Shown: positions 37,404 to 51,559, counted from the first letter of the whole stretch. The stretch: DNA of 60,183 nucleotides, filler included, from Dugesia japonica (GCA_001938525.1; 6 parts of 6 records of this genome joined end to end with filler, not necessarily neighbours in it); one strand, 5' to 3'. The notes: generated from the letters alone by a model not told the origin. Program-made: numbers and translations.

Positions 37404-39269
37404 CTCTATTGTTTTGAACTTTTAAATTCGAAATTTTACAGCAGGAATTTATTAACAACTATAATAACTTTTATATAATATCTCTTCGCAGTTTCTCCTT
37501 TAATTTTACCATTGTAATTTTTTTATACAAAAATCTCATTTTAAAATTCTTCCATTAAAAAATATTTTTTTAAAATTTTGCCTCAAAGTTTCTATCTATA
37601 ATTTGGTTCTTTGAGTAACTTTCAATGCAATACTTTACTTATTATTTTTATTTTTCGATTTCTCTGAAACTTTACCGTCTTTTCTGTTTTGTTTATCTGT
37701 CAACATTAGTTTATTATTCTTCATTTGATTTCNNNNNNNNNNNNNNNNNNNNNNNNNNNNNNNNNNNNNNNNNNNNNNNNNNNNNNNNNNNNNNNNNNNN
37801 NNNNNNNNGAGTGATTGCTTTGGGGGTCCGTCGACTTCAATTTAAATTTTAATTCGTAAACTTCAAAACATTTGATTCGATTCAGAAACACTTATAGAGT
37901 TCTGGTCTTCTATCCATTGGTTCTAAAACGAGCTGTGGAAGCTATAAATCCATTTGCCACTGTGTATCTTTGAGATGTGGGAATTTCCACACTTGTGACG
38001 ATAACAAAAAATTGAAATCGTTTGAATCTTGATCATGATATTCGCGTTGCTTTGTAGAAAACCATCTTTCAATTCAAGTAATTAATTAAGGAAATGCAGC
38101 AATAGTTTTCACATTAATAATTTTGTATGCATCTTNTAAACTAATAANTAAATTATTGAATGACTATTAAAGTAAAATAATAAAATCGAATATTTTGAAA
38201 CAATTGATGTCTTCGCTATTTTCATTTTATTTTACATATTGGAAGAAGGGGTCTGCGACTACCAAAAATTATAAAAAAGGAGTCTATTTAACAAAAAGGT
38301 TAAGAAACACTGATTTAGATTAATTATATTTTTTCTGTTATGTATATATTCTTTAATTCTTTTGATTTACTCATCAAACAATTTTTTTAAATTTCCTTTT
38401 AACAAAATACGTAATCTTAATGTCAATCATATTAAAATACTTAATTTTCATTTAAAATTATTTTCATTTTATTTTTTGTGTATTCAATCAATATATATTT
38501 TTTATTTATCAAACAAAATCTTTTGTTAACTCCCACAAACCAAATGGTTTCATATTCAGAGTTTTTCATATCCAGCTCTTTTTATCAAGATTAAAAATTT
38601 AATTAATATTATTAATCCACAAAATATTGATGTGCTGATTAATTTCTAAAATTGATGANGAGTCTTAAAACATTAGAGTAAATAAAGTTTATCAACAACA
38701 ATTCATTAAATGTCAATAAATGCTGAATAATCATTGTTTTAAAAGATTTAGGGGCCGTAAGGCATTATTTTCATGTATTACTGCCTCAAAATCTTTTTCA
38801 ACATTGATAATAATTTTCAAAAAAACATTTATAAAAATCAATCATCAAATTTCTAAAGTAAAACGATTAAATTTATAAAAATTAAAGAAATTTTTAAGAC
38901 TGATAATTTTCATATTATCTCATTTGGTCATTAAGTGTCTGTCTGAGTATTATCATTAGTATAAATACCTTTGATTAAATTTAACTAAAACCAGCTTCAA
39001 ATTGATTATACAAATGTAATAAAATAGTATACGCAAAAGTATGTGTGTGTAAGAGCAAACGTCGTTACTATGCACAATTAATAAATAAAAAAAACAATCA
39101 AAGAAATAATCTATTGGATGAACTTGAGAAACATTATTTAAAATAATCAATTGACAACTTTTGTACTATAACTTTCTTATTCTTACTTACCAAACAAAAA
39201 AATTAATTGAATAATAAATTGAAATGAAATTTTTTAAATTAATAATACATTCTTATATTTGGGGTAGAA

Positions 39270-40100
39270 CACCCGTTATAAGAAAACAATAATATCTGCA
39301 GGTAGAGCAGGTATCAGTAAAGAGTATATTTTTAAGAAAAGAAAAAATCTAAAAGGTATAAGATGCCAAAAGTTGTCGGATAGAAGATTAAATATGAAGA
39401 AACCGAGAATAATTAGGCAAAGCAAATGATAATAACCAATAACGAAAATCATCTTCGAAAGAAGAGAAGAAATAATTAGGAAATAGAGCAACAAAAATTA
39501 GAATAGAAGGAAAATAACAGTGAAAGAAACCAACGGATTAAGAAACAAAGAAGTTTCAAGTAACAACATACCAAATAATTCATTTCGAATTAAAAATGCT
39601 AAAGTAAAATTAATAATTAGCAAAGGAAAATTAACCATAATGAATCATTTATGAATTGGAAAGTTAAAATTAAAATTGATATTTAGCTTGGAAGGAAGAA
39701 AGAAAATCTAATTAATAAATTAAGGAAAAATGTACATAAAATATACGTACTAAACAAATGTATTAAGTAGAGTAATATTAATTATTGTTTCCCTAACACC
39801 CAAGGTTTTTTGAATGATGATACTTGCTGATTAATGTCTAATGGCCCAAGTTCAGCAAGGATGGGTAGTTAAAACTCTTTACAGTTACATACCTCTTGAT
39901 ATACAACATCGAGGTAAATTTACTGAATTATAACACTTGGATTATTGTTAAAAATAGGTTAAAGAACACTTTCATAACACCAAAGATTCTTGGATGGCTA
40001 CAAGTCATTGATCTACTTCAACAACGCTTTTCACGTAATAATCCAATGAAATAAGGGAGTTACGTAGCCAAATATTAAGTGTTATTAGGTAGTGAAAATT
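39270..40100 (-). pseudogene. Probable NUMT: divergent rrnL 3' part followed by nad2-like hydrophobic frame
   Basis: ACCTCGATGTTG LSU motif (minus, ~39904-39915); T-rich hydrophobic frame FPIHK(TGA=W)FIMV...; strong local strand skew. Confidence 0.5.
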
Positions 40101-40396
40101 CTACTTTTATTGATATATTTTTATGAGATCAGTTGTTAAGACTGAAAATAATTAAAATTTAGCTTAAAATATTAATTTTAATGTCATGAATAGAGATCAT
40201 GTAAGATTGTTCTAGAAAAAGATTTTATAAGTTGTAAAGACACTATTGTAGAACTAAAAGTACTGTGTAAAATTTCTATAAAAAATTTTGAAATTATTTA
40301 TTTATTTAGTTTCGAATTATGAAGCTTTGAATCTGAAAAGTGAAAATCAATATTTAAAATAAAGTTATAATTAAAAATACTTCCTATATATATATA

Positions 40397-40575
40397 TAGT
40401 GACGTAGCCAAGGGAGGGGTTTAGGGGGTTAGGGTTTTCTCCGTAATTTAAAGAATCAGCTATTGACGTCATTGTTTAATACTTGGCGTCTTTGTTGATT
40501 TATGTTAGTAAACAAATACAAACATTTTGACAAAAATTTAAAACCCCCTTTCATATATTCCTGGCTGCACTACTG
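40397..40575. mobile_element. hAT-type MITE in (TA)n
   Basis: TAGTGACGTAGCCAAGG...CCTGGCTGCACTACTG, TATATATA on both sides; same family as 54444-54851. Confidence 0.75.
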
Positions 40576-40973
40576 TATATATATTTCATGGCCTCCACAC
40601 GGAGAAGGCTGAAAAGACCCTAGTCTGTGCCCAGAGCTTGGAAGGGGCCCTGGAAATTTATATAAAATGTTTCAAAAATAATACCATAAAATATTAACAT
40701 GTGTTTTGGATTAGAGATAACTCAAAGTGACTCTGCACAAGACTTAAAAATATAATATTATATACATCGACATAGTGTATTATACCTTGTTGATTATAAA
40801 TAATAATTATTATATTTACATATGTACTTACATATGGAATTAAAATTTAATATGATTTGTAGAAAATTTTCGTNNNNNNNNNNNNNNNNNNNNNNNNNNN
40901 NNNNNNNNNNNNNNNNNTTAATTAATTAANNNNNNNNNNNNNNNNNNNNNNNNNNNNNNNNNNNNNNNNNNNN

Positions 40974-41104
40974 AATTTGTATTTTTGGTTTTATGAGATT
41001 AATTCGATATTTCGACTTTGTCTTCGTCAGGAATTGAAAGTCAATTCCTGACGAAGACAAAGTCGAAATATCGAATTAATCTCATAAAACCAAAAATACA
41101 AATT
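40974..41104. ncRNA. Palindrome with a minimal type I hammerhead ribozyme motif on each strand (+ 41043-41077; - 41001-41035)
   Basis: aattc-CTGACGA-A-GAC AAA GTC-GAAA-TA-TC-gaatt; 64-bp perfect arms, 3-nt loop. Confidence 0.75.
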
Positions 41105-41139
41105 TTCATCGAAACTTTTATTTCATATGTATCTATAGA

Positions 41140-41610
41140 TTAATTATATATTGACTATTTATGTATTGATTATTTATGTATTGATTATTTATATATTGAT
41201 TATTTAAATATTGACTATTTAAATATTTTTTATTTATATATTGATTATTAATATATTGACTATTTATGTATTGATTATTTATATATTGATTATTTAAATA
41301 TTGATTATTTAAATTTTGATTATTTATATATTGATTATTTATATATTGATTATTTGTGTATTTATCACCTATTTATTGAATATTGATGTATTCGTTATTT
41401 ATATATTTATTATTTATTTATAGATTAATTATATATTGTCTATTTTTGTATTGATTATTTAAATATTGATTATTTATATATTGAATATTTATATATTGAC
41501 TATTTATATATTGATTATTTATATATTGATTATTTATATATTGATTATTTATATATTGATTATTTATATTGACTATTTGTGTATTGATTATTTAAATATT
41601 GATTATTTAA
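41140..41610. repeat. 15-bp minisatellite (TATTGATTATTTATA and variants)
   Basis: About 30 visible units; explains the spurious IIYIL ORF. Confidence 0.93.
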
Positions 41611-41838
41611 ATTGGTTTATTACGTACATTGACAATAATAGCATATGTAATGATAATGAAAGTTAATAAAATAATATGAATAAAAAAGATATAACATGTA
41701 AAATATTTTTTTTCAAGTTTATTTTTATTGATGTTATTGGTTTTCTATCGATTATAAATATTTCCTCTATTTAATACAATTATCTAGTCTTAAATATGAA
41801 ATTATATTTTTTATGCGATATACTGGTATTTTGAATAG

Positions 41839-42309
41839 AATCCAAGCTTTGAAGAAAGTTTTGACAGTGGAACACAAGCTCCTCGAACATATTCAGTTAA
41901 ACCAGAACAAAAGCCTAGTCCATATCACAATACTGCTCCGAGAATGTCAATTCATGAACAAAACAATGAAAATAAATCTATAATTTATCCGAATTCAGGA
42001 CCACCTAATAATAAAATGCCAAATAGATCGAATAAACCGGTAACAGATCGTCGAAGTAGTCATGATAAACCCATTCACAGAAATCAACAACAGATTAATT
42101 TACCACAAAGAGATCTATCGCCTCCGCCACCTTTAGAAGCCGATGATATGCCAATAGTTATGGATTTAGCTCCGTCAAAAGAAAATCAGGTGAGAAAGCG
42201 CCATCGAATAGAAAATTTTGATAAGTCATGTTCATTGAATTCTATTTCAAATGTAAAAATTGAAAAGGTCACCGACCGAAACTCACTAATAGATAATATT
42301 AAAAATTTA
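41839..42309 (+). CDS. Internal exon of an unidentified host gene (Pro/Asn/Ser-rich, likely disordered)
   Basis: AG acceptor at 41837-41838 in frame with ORF 41944-42345; GT at 42310; raised GC content. Confidence 0.55.
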
Positions 42310-43749
42310 GTTAACGTTAACCTTTTTAATTTTCTATCAAAATAATAATTTCTATTTTATATTTATTTTAGTAACATTAATTTTTAATAATTATTAAATT
42401 TATATTAATTAATAATTGATAATAGTTTTCATATTATACATATCTCAAAATTAATTTTATTTCAATTTGTTTGAATCTATTATCTCTCGTTATTTCGAGT
42501 AAGCCTTAAATTTATCCTTTGTATGGGTTATTAATCTTGGTTTACTAAATATTTTAATGTTGTTATTTCATTTTCGTTTATTTATATTATTCCCATGGGG
42601 ATTTCTTTAATCATTCAATAAATAAATTTTCATCTACTTCTTTAATTATTTATATTTTCTGCTTTCGATTATTTATCGTCTTTCAATTTACAAATTAGAA
42701 TTTCTAATTAAATTTATCATTTAGGTTTCCTAAATGCACTTTTATATCGTGATTAATTTTGTCTCTGCTTAAATATTCCGTTCAAAGTTTACATTTAAAT
42801 ATTTTTTAAATCCTAACAATTAANNNNNNNNNNNNNNNNNNNNNNNNNNNNNNNNNNNNNNNNNNNNNNNNNNNNNNNNNNNNNNNNNNNNNNNNNNNNN
42901 NNNNNNNNNNNNNNNNNNNNNNNNNNNNNNNNNNNNNNNNNNNNNNNNNNNNNNNNNNNNNNNNNNNTAAAATCTATTAAAATATTAATTTACAGCATTT
43001 TAAATTGAATTGTTTATTAATTGTTAATTTCTTTAGAATTGAATTTAAATAAAAATTGAATGCTTTTTTTAATCCGATTTCTTTTGATAAAATTAAAAAA
43101 AGAAATTTTTCGTATATATAATTTTTGAAAATTAAATCGAAGTAAATTGAAATATTTAATGGAAGTTAATAACTTGGAATTTTTGAAAATATACCTTAAA
43201 AAAGAATTTCATTTAAAAAATACCTAAAAATATTTTTAGAATTTATAGAATACCTAAGAAAATATATATACAATAATCAATTAAAAAAATTAATATAAAT
43301 TAATTGTTTATCTGCCTGAGACAAGTTCATCGATTATATCCAATTTCCATTTGTACATTTTCNNNNNNNNNNNNNNNNNNNNNNNNNNNNNNNNNNNNNN
43401 NNNNNNNNNNNNNNNNNNNNNNNNNNNNNNNNNNNNNNNTTCTTAAATGATTTTTTTAATTTATTTTTGTATTTATATTTTTTTCGGTATTCTATAAATT
43501 CTATAAATATTTTTAGGTATTCTATTAATTCTATAAATATTTTTTTTAATAAAATTCTTTTTTTAGGTTTTTTTCAAAAATACCAAATAACTTTTATGAT
43601 TTTGAAGTAGTTTAAATAATAACTTTGTTTTTTTCTTTAAATTATCGATAAAGAATACTTTCGACCAATTCAATAACTTTATTATTATGCTCAATTTTAC
43701 AACTAATTATGTTTCTGCTTGAGTTTAATTGTTTCTTTTTAATAATATA

Positions 43750-44724
43750 TAAAGTGAAACCCAGTTAACGTGGCGAAATAACCCGAACTGGTATACCATT
43801 TTTATTATTATGTAAAATAAAAAGCAATATTGATTTAGACATTGTATTTACTACGTATTTACTAAATGAAATATGAACAAATATCTTTTTTACAAGGCTC
43901 TTGTCTCTTATCTCTTTTGTGGCATTAATTACTTGTAAAATATTTGTGCACACCTCCAACTGTCCATGGTACACAAAGAAGCGTTCTGTTTTATGACGCA
44001 ATTTAATGATTTAAATGTAAACTTCATTTTCTTATGATACTCATGATTGCACGTCGTCTATTGATTCTAATCAAGGCCATTTAATAAAAACTTCTTCTAA
44101 AATTTCATTATACCATTTTTCTTTGTTTCTTGACAAACAAAGCTTACATTAACATTGACATACTTATTTTGTAGAGAAATGGGCTCATCGATTTCTGGTA
44201 TGGTATCCACAGAATCCTCAGACTTGAATCTAGCTTAACAAAAGCAATTACTAATTGTTTATGGATTGAAATTTTTTAGTTCAGAATTAATGGGTTGCCA
44301 TTAAAAACATCCAATAGATTTTTACGAATTTTTTGTCGATAGGTTTTCGTTAAACCGTTGGTTACACCTTGGTTTATAGGTTGAATAATTGAGGTGGTGT
44401 TGGATGGCAAAAATTCAACCTTGATATATCGAAAGCATTTTTTTATGATGAGATGAGACATTATCCAAAAGAAGTAGGATTTGACGAGAAGTCTTGGCAA
44501 GTTCTTTGTCCAATTCATTAAGCCAGTTTGTAAATATAGCAGAAGTCGTCCAAGCTGTTATGTCGAAACATAGTGTACAGACAGTGATTTTAAATCAATA
44601 TTTTCATGCATCGCGGCTTAGACATATTATACTAAGTATCACAAAATTATCCAGAGTGACCACTTTAACAGAGCGTTGGTCGGGATATAGGGGATTTAGT
44701 CACGGTAATCGGATCCCACTGTAT
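43750..44724 (-). mobile_element. pogo/Tigger (DDE_1) remnant with internal deletion
   Basis: WTTSAIFTNWL, IKVEFLPSNTTSIIQPINQGV; TA-CAGTGGGATCCGATTACCGTG end and a degenerate partner near 43750. Confidence 0.75.
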
Positions 44725-45041
44725 TTCTAGATTACCACCATAGTAATTTTATTTGAAAATATTTACTGATTTTTTTAAAATCTTTTATGATTTTTATTTA
44801 TTTTCTTAAAATAGTCAAATTCTATATATTTTATTGAATAACACAAATAACATATAAACTTTGTAATATCTAATTAAGAGTTTATCTAAAAAATTTTTAT
44901 AAGTCATTCAAAAACGTGTAGTCGAGTATTTCCGTGAAGCAAAATAAAATTATACAATTACAATTATTGCGAGAATAATTGTTAGACTTAACCATTGATC
45001 GTATTTGAGATTTAATTGAAAATTATCTTCCATCAAATTTA

Positions 45042-45160
45042 ATTGTTGTTTTATAGATATTCGAATTTTTTACTATTGTCTTCTTCAGTAATATCATTCC
45101 TGAATTGATGTTCTTGAAGAAGACAATAGTCGATAATTCGAATATCTATAAAACAACAAT
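45042..45160. ncRNA. Degenerate palindrome with two decayed hammerhead motifs
   Basis: Arm consensus gatattc-CTGAAGA-A-GAC AATA GTC-GAAA-AT-TC-gaatatc. Confidence 0.6.
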
Positions 45161-45217
45161 GGAATTTGATCGAAGCTATTTTTTCAATGAAATCTAAAAT
45201 AAAATTATTATTATTAA

Positions 45218-45254
<37 letters not shown>

Positions 45255-46252
45255 CATTATTTTTGTTATTTTTATTAGTTTTTCTTGTTTATTTTAATAT
45301 AATTATGTATAATTTATCAATGGAAATATTCTAAAGAAATTTCTATCGCCTTCTTTTAAATAATCCTTTTATCATTGATTATCCTGTTTTACAATACTAA
45401 TTTTCTATTGTGTATCGCTTTATGAAACGTGATATAATCTAAACATTAAACGGCATTGTCTGTATTTTTAGAAACGTTTTAATCTTTTGCATTCTGTAAA
45501 AGAAAATTTATAAATATTCCATTATTAAATTATCGCAAATCTTTTTTTCATTGCACAGCAGTTGATGAATTTTGAAGTAACAACAGAGTCAGAAAACATT
45601 TTTTCCGTAGCACAATCATAAAATAAATTATGTAAAAATTTTAATTAAGCTTACCTAGAAAAAAACTTGCTCGAAATATCACATAATTTTTCAAAAGTTC
45701 AAAAAGATACTGAAAATTATTTGACTGAATGTTGAAAATTCTCTAAATACATAGAAAAAAAATATCGTTTTTTACTAATTAAAAAACCGAAAACCATTAG
45801 CAATTTTAGATATTTTCCTTAGTTTTTTGGTGACTCGTCCGTTGCCCAAAACTGAGTAGGAATATAAAATTATTGAACGTTAATGTTCATGACATTGGCA
45901 ACGATATATTGAATCGATNNNNNNNNNNNNNNNNNNNNNNNNNNNNNNNNNNNNNNNNNNNTATTTGTTTTAACAACATTTGATAATTATGTTTTATTTA
46001 TATTAAATTTGTTATTTATTTGTAAACAATGTACATGAATTTCTTTACAAAATCACACATTCCAAATATCTATAAAAAAACAAACATTATTCAAATAAAT
46101 TTCTTTCAACAAATTTTTGAAATTTTACGTTGAAATGTTTTTAAATACAAACTTATTTTCAAAAAATTATCTTTATTGAATTATTTAAACAGCATTATTA
46201 AATTTTCGAATTATGCTTTTATTAGATAAATCAAAACCTAAACATTAAAAAA

Positions 46253-47860
46253 AATTGATAGATAAGTCAGCACTTGCCTTCGTCCCTCCCCGCTGGCTAC
46301 CAATCAGATTGTGTTTAACCGATTGAGTAATATATGCAAAGTGATTGACAGTTTATTGCGTAATCTATAAGTGTCGGCGAAGTGATCAATATAACATTAC
46401 GTAATAATTACACTATCATTGCCCAGGCTGTCGGAAATTTTATTTGTAATCTAAATAAAGTGCATTTAATGATATTTTACGGGTTTTTCACAGAAAATCA
46501 GCGAGAAAACGTTTATGATTAAATTAACAGAAATTTTCAATTATTAAATCGTTAATTAAATTTCCTTCTGAGCAATATTAACATCAGAATTCCGGTTCCC
46601 ACTGGACAATATTAATATCTTCAATTCTCCCAGAACAATATCAAATTTAGAATTCTGCCCGGATAATGTTTTCATTAACAATAGTTGATCCCGGATAATT
46701 TTGACAATAATAAAAATAAAACCATAATAAAATATTTCTTCACAATATATACAATTGAAATAAATTTGATTAAAATATTCGTGGTTTCTTCATGAGATTG
46801 CTAAATAATAATTTCAAATAGGCAATAAATTTATTGACCTGATTGAGTCAATCTTATTTATTACAAGTCAAAAAAGTATGAGGTTTTAACAATTATTTAA
46901 ATTTTAAATTCACTCAATTTAACTTAAATTTCAATTAAATTTTAATTTATTACTATATTATCAAATTTTTTACCCTTAACTCATATAAAATATTACAATT
47001 TAACTAAAATTCACACGTTTGTAACTTAGTTTTAAACTTTTAAATTAAGTATATTCAAATTAACTATAAGTAAATTAAACTTATCAAGATAAAATTCTAC
47101 GTCAAAAAAATTAAATCATATTAAACTTATTAAAATTAGTAAATTATTAAATTACTAACTCCAAATAAAAATTATCAAAATAGAATTCTTATATCATTAT
47201 TAAACTAATTACATAAAATTTAACTTTAAAAAATTTGACTTATAAAATAATTATTATGAAATCAAGAGAAATCATTAAATTGACTTTAAAATTAAAATAA
47301 AATTAATAATTATAACCTATTTTAATTTGCTATATTAATTTCATAAAAACCATTTAAATTAATCATGATATAGTTTATTCATATTAAAAGTTAATCATAT
47401 TCATATTAATCTAAAATAAAATTAAATGAAATACAGATAAAAATTTTCAAAATTTCTATATTATTAATTATATTATTGTTAATATTATCCCGAAGAACTG
47501 CTAATTATCCGGGAAATCAACTGTTAAGTTTATATTGTCGGAGTAGAATTCTAATGTTGATATTGTCGTGGAAGANNNNNNNNNNNNNNNNNNNNNNNNN
47601 NNNAGAACAACTGAATTTTAATGTGTTCATATTGATCATGAGTACATGTACTTAACGACCTCAAACAAAAAATCATTTAATGTTCTTAATTTAAACAAAG
47701 AATAAAATTTCCCACCGCCTAGGTAATGATAACGTTATTGTTACGCAATATTATATTGACTGCATCATCGACACTTTTCGATTACCTAATAAACTATATG
47801 ATCAAATCTGATTGGTTGCCAGCAGGGTGAGATGGCCCTGTGCGGTCTTATATATTTACT
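46253..47860. mobile_element. Fold-back element related to 16663-17614
   Basis: >200-bp imperfect inverted arms (CCAATCAGATT, GTGTCG, CATT(G/A)CC(C/T)AGGC), shared GCAC.GG..CATCTC.CCCTG motif, right end ...TTTACT, flanks AAAAAA/AATAAA. Confidence 0.7.
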
Positions 47861-49570
47861 AATAAATTTCAGAAAACATTTTAACATTATATTTATTAAA
47901 ATATTTTACGAAAAAATTTAAAACCTACTTTTTTAAATTAAATTTAAATTTCGAATATTTTAAATTTAAATTCAACTTTTATACGAGATAAATGGGTTGT
48001 TTTAATTTTTATATAATTAGTTTTGTTGGTTTATTTAGTAATTATGCAGTTTGAAAAACGTAATTATTAAAAATTAAAATTACTTTTCTAATTTCAAATT
48101 ATTTTCGTATTATCATTATTTAGTAATTTAGACATTTATATTTTTTTTAAATTGATTATATATTTAGTTAATTAAGGTTTAACTGATTATTTTATTTTAG
48201 CCACTCCATTAGCCACTTTAATTATTCTATTTTATCCTAAATAGAGAAAAGTTATAGTATCTCTGAGACATTAATTTAAATAATTGGTTAAAATCAAATT
48301 ATTTTGAAAAATGGTTTTTTTTACATTTTTTTTAGTAGATTTCTTACTAAATTTTTTGATTTTTTCAAATTATATAACAGTATTATTCTCTGTATTTATG
48401 GAAAATAATATTTTATTTTTTTAAAATTATTTCTTTGAATTTTGAAATCCTCAAAATTTGAGTTGCATTATAATAATTATATTTTACAGAAAATATTTAT
48501 AATTATTTATATTATTTTTAATTTTAATAATTTGTATTAAAATATTCTCTATTTTTTGTTGATATTGGCTTATATTTGTTTTATGTAAATATCCTCCTAA
48601 CTTTTTCCTTTTGTTGCATAATCTTACCAAAATTTATATTTAATAATTAAATTGCTGAATATATATCCAAGTTTGTTCAAAACAAAAAAAATTAAAAACA
48701 TATTTTAACATTTTAAATCAATATTGTTAATTTATATATTATATTCTTTTGAAATTCCTGAAATGAATAATTTTAATAAATTAGTAGTTTTGGTTTTAAT
48801 GCTGATTATCAGTAACCAAACTTAAATTTGACAATAATCAAATGTTATCGACTTAGGTTCTTAAAGAATTCGTTGTTGTGCACAAACCGTCATGGAAATT
48901 TTCGTCTTTTTATAGTGTCATTTCGAAATATCTGAATTCATTAACAATTTCAAAAACAATGACACTTTTATCGGCTCCCAAAAATTTACACATGTGAGAT
49001 AACTTTTTTTCCAAATTTATTTTACAATTAAATTTTGTTTTAATTTCTAAAAAATAATTTACAAGCTTTTTCACTTAAAAAAATATATTGATTATTAACC
49101 TAATTTTATTTTGATTTATAATTGGTCATTTTTATATTTATTATTTTTTAATGGTAATGCTTAGTAAATAATTAGCAAAATAAATATGCAAATCACTTTC
49201 GACATAATGACACCCAAAATTATACTTTTCATTCAACCATGCCTTTGACAACGAATCTTATGTTATCTGTAATATTTCTGATATTGACTGTATAATATGC
49301 TTTACTGAAAATAAGCGAGAAAATAATCGTATCAGTTTTATATTTGAATATTTTCGAAAGTGATGAGATTTTTCTTTTGCTCACTATATCCCCATTATTT
49401 ATGTATAAGAAAAATCATTTTCATTGTCAAGAAATATCTAACTTTGTCCAGCGAAATCTCTTAAAACAAAGTTTTCTAGTATATTAAAAATAAAAATAAA
49501 TTTTAATTAAAACAAAATTTATTTTACAAATAAAAGCTATCTCACATCTGTATAAAAAAATACGTTATAG

Positions 49571-49875
49571 CAGTGTCTCGCAAATCTTTTTAGTCTGCGG
49601 CACACCAAAATATAAACTTTTTTCTCGTGGCACACCAAATTATTTTATCATTCATTCTGTTTTAAATACTTGTCCATTCTATTTATTACCAAAAAATATA
49701 TGTAGAATTTCTCTAGATTACAGAAATAAATTTATATTTTAGTGTGCCACAGACTAAAACGTTTGTGAGATTCTAGATTCTAGAATTTTTGTTATCTGTT
49801 TTGAAATCTGTTACGGCACACGTGGATTTCATCGCACACACTAATGTGCCGCTGCGCACAGTTAGCAAGACACTG
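49571..49875. mobile_element. hAT (Charlie-like) MITE
   Basis: CAGTGTCTCGCAAA...TAGCAAGACACTG; 8-bp TSD CGTTATAG/CGTTTGAG. Confidence 0.75.
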
Positions 49876-51559
49876 CGTTTGAGTTCCATAAAATGTAATA
49901 TCAATCTTTAGGTTCGGAAATGTTGAGCTCCCTCCAATTTATTTTTGATTTGCTGCTTCAATTCAGTCCATCGTAACTTTTTATCAATTTTCTCGAGATT
50001 CAAACTTTGATTTATTGAACGAGTGATATTTCATTTTCAAAAAATGTTTTTTCAATGATGTTTAATAATTTTTATTCAAATCCTTTTTAATTTTTTAATC
50101 TTTTAAGATTTTCAAATAACAACTGATGCGTAACAATAATGAACAAATATCAACATAATACGAATAAAAGATTTTGTTGTACTGTAATTTCTAAACAGTA
50201 TTACCCACGTTTTTACATACCTCGTACTTCCTCTCGGAATTTATAAAATCAGGTTTAACCTGAGGGATATATGCGATGAAATGCGGTAGATAAAATATTT
50301 TTATGTCTAATAGATTTAAGAATTCATATAAAAAAATGATAGAGATTTTTGATTTACATTTCTTTCTTTGTAGGCAAACATAATTTATTATTTAATTTGT
50401 TTGTATTTTGCAGAGAATGATGTTTAGTTAATTAGTAATGTCATTAATTAAATGGCATAAAATTCATTAATAGTAAAATACCAGTTAAATTTAAATACAA
50501 AAAAGTAGAATATATTTATTTATTGATATTTATTTTACTCTTATTTTTTCAGTTTAATGAAACTCTCGTATGTTGGTAAAANNNNNNNNNNNNNNNNNNN
50601 NNNNNNNNNNNNNNNNNNNNNNNNNTTAATTAATTAANNNNNNNNNNNNNNNNNNNNNNNNNNNNNNNNNNNNNNNNNNNNAAAATTTTTAATGCAAAAT
50701 AAAACTAACGTTTTTCCTCCATGTTTAAATTAATTAGTGAAGGCAAAGCGAAGACCATTTAAAAAAATTGTGAAAATATTGATTGAAAATTGATATTTCT
50801 TTAGCGGTAAGTGGAAATTATTATATTAAAATTCAAATATTAGTGCTATATTAGTTTACTTTTTAAGTAAAGAATTTATGAGTTAATATTGATTAATATG
50901 GGGATTTTATTTATCGGTTTAATTTTCNTAAATAAATTGATTTATTGATTTATTTTTCCCATTGAATCAACATTGAAAGTCAATTATTATGTAATCTTTT
51001 TTAATTTGCGATAACTTTTAAATTCTGACTAAAATTTAAAATGAGTCACGAACATAGTTTGTATAATAATGATTTCACTCCACTGTAACATTGGATTTAC
51101 CTTTCAAATCAACTCATACATAAATCCAGTTATAATAAATAATTTTTGTTTTAATGGTTAATTAAATTTTTAATGTCAACAAAACTAAAGATGATGATGA
51201 TTTTGAGTATAGAGTTTAAATTATTTTAAGAGTTCTCAAACATCGATTTTTAAAATTTGAAATATTTAAATAAAGAATTTTCAGCATATAATTCTATTGG
51301 AATATTTTTAAATATTGTAAAATAAATATAATGTATATTTATTTAATTAATGTTTACTTTGTTTAAATAAACAAAATAAAAAGTAGCTATAGTACAGGGT
51401 GGTCGAACTTTTAACCACTACGGAGACATGTTTTTGAAATTATTGGTGACTGTCTACTAACATTAAAAGTTGTAATTTAAAGCCAAAAATAAGTTTAAAT
51501 TAAAAATAAACATAGATAAAAATTGCGCTAAACTTTTGTTTAATATACAAATAATCTAG

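Noticed and set aside
41466-41666. ORFs of IIYIL repeats, KIVFLFV repeats (3464-3664), poly-M/poly-D (11200s) and poly-N (45051-45257)
   Set aside because: Translations of simple repeats
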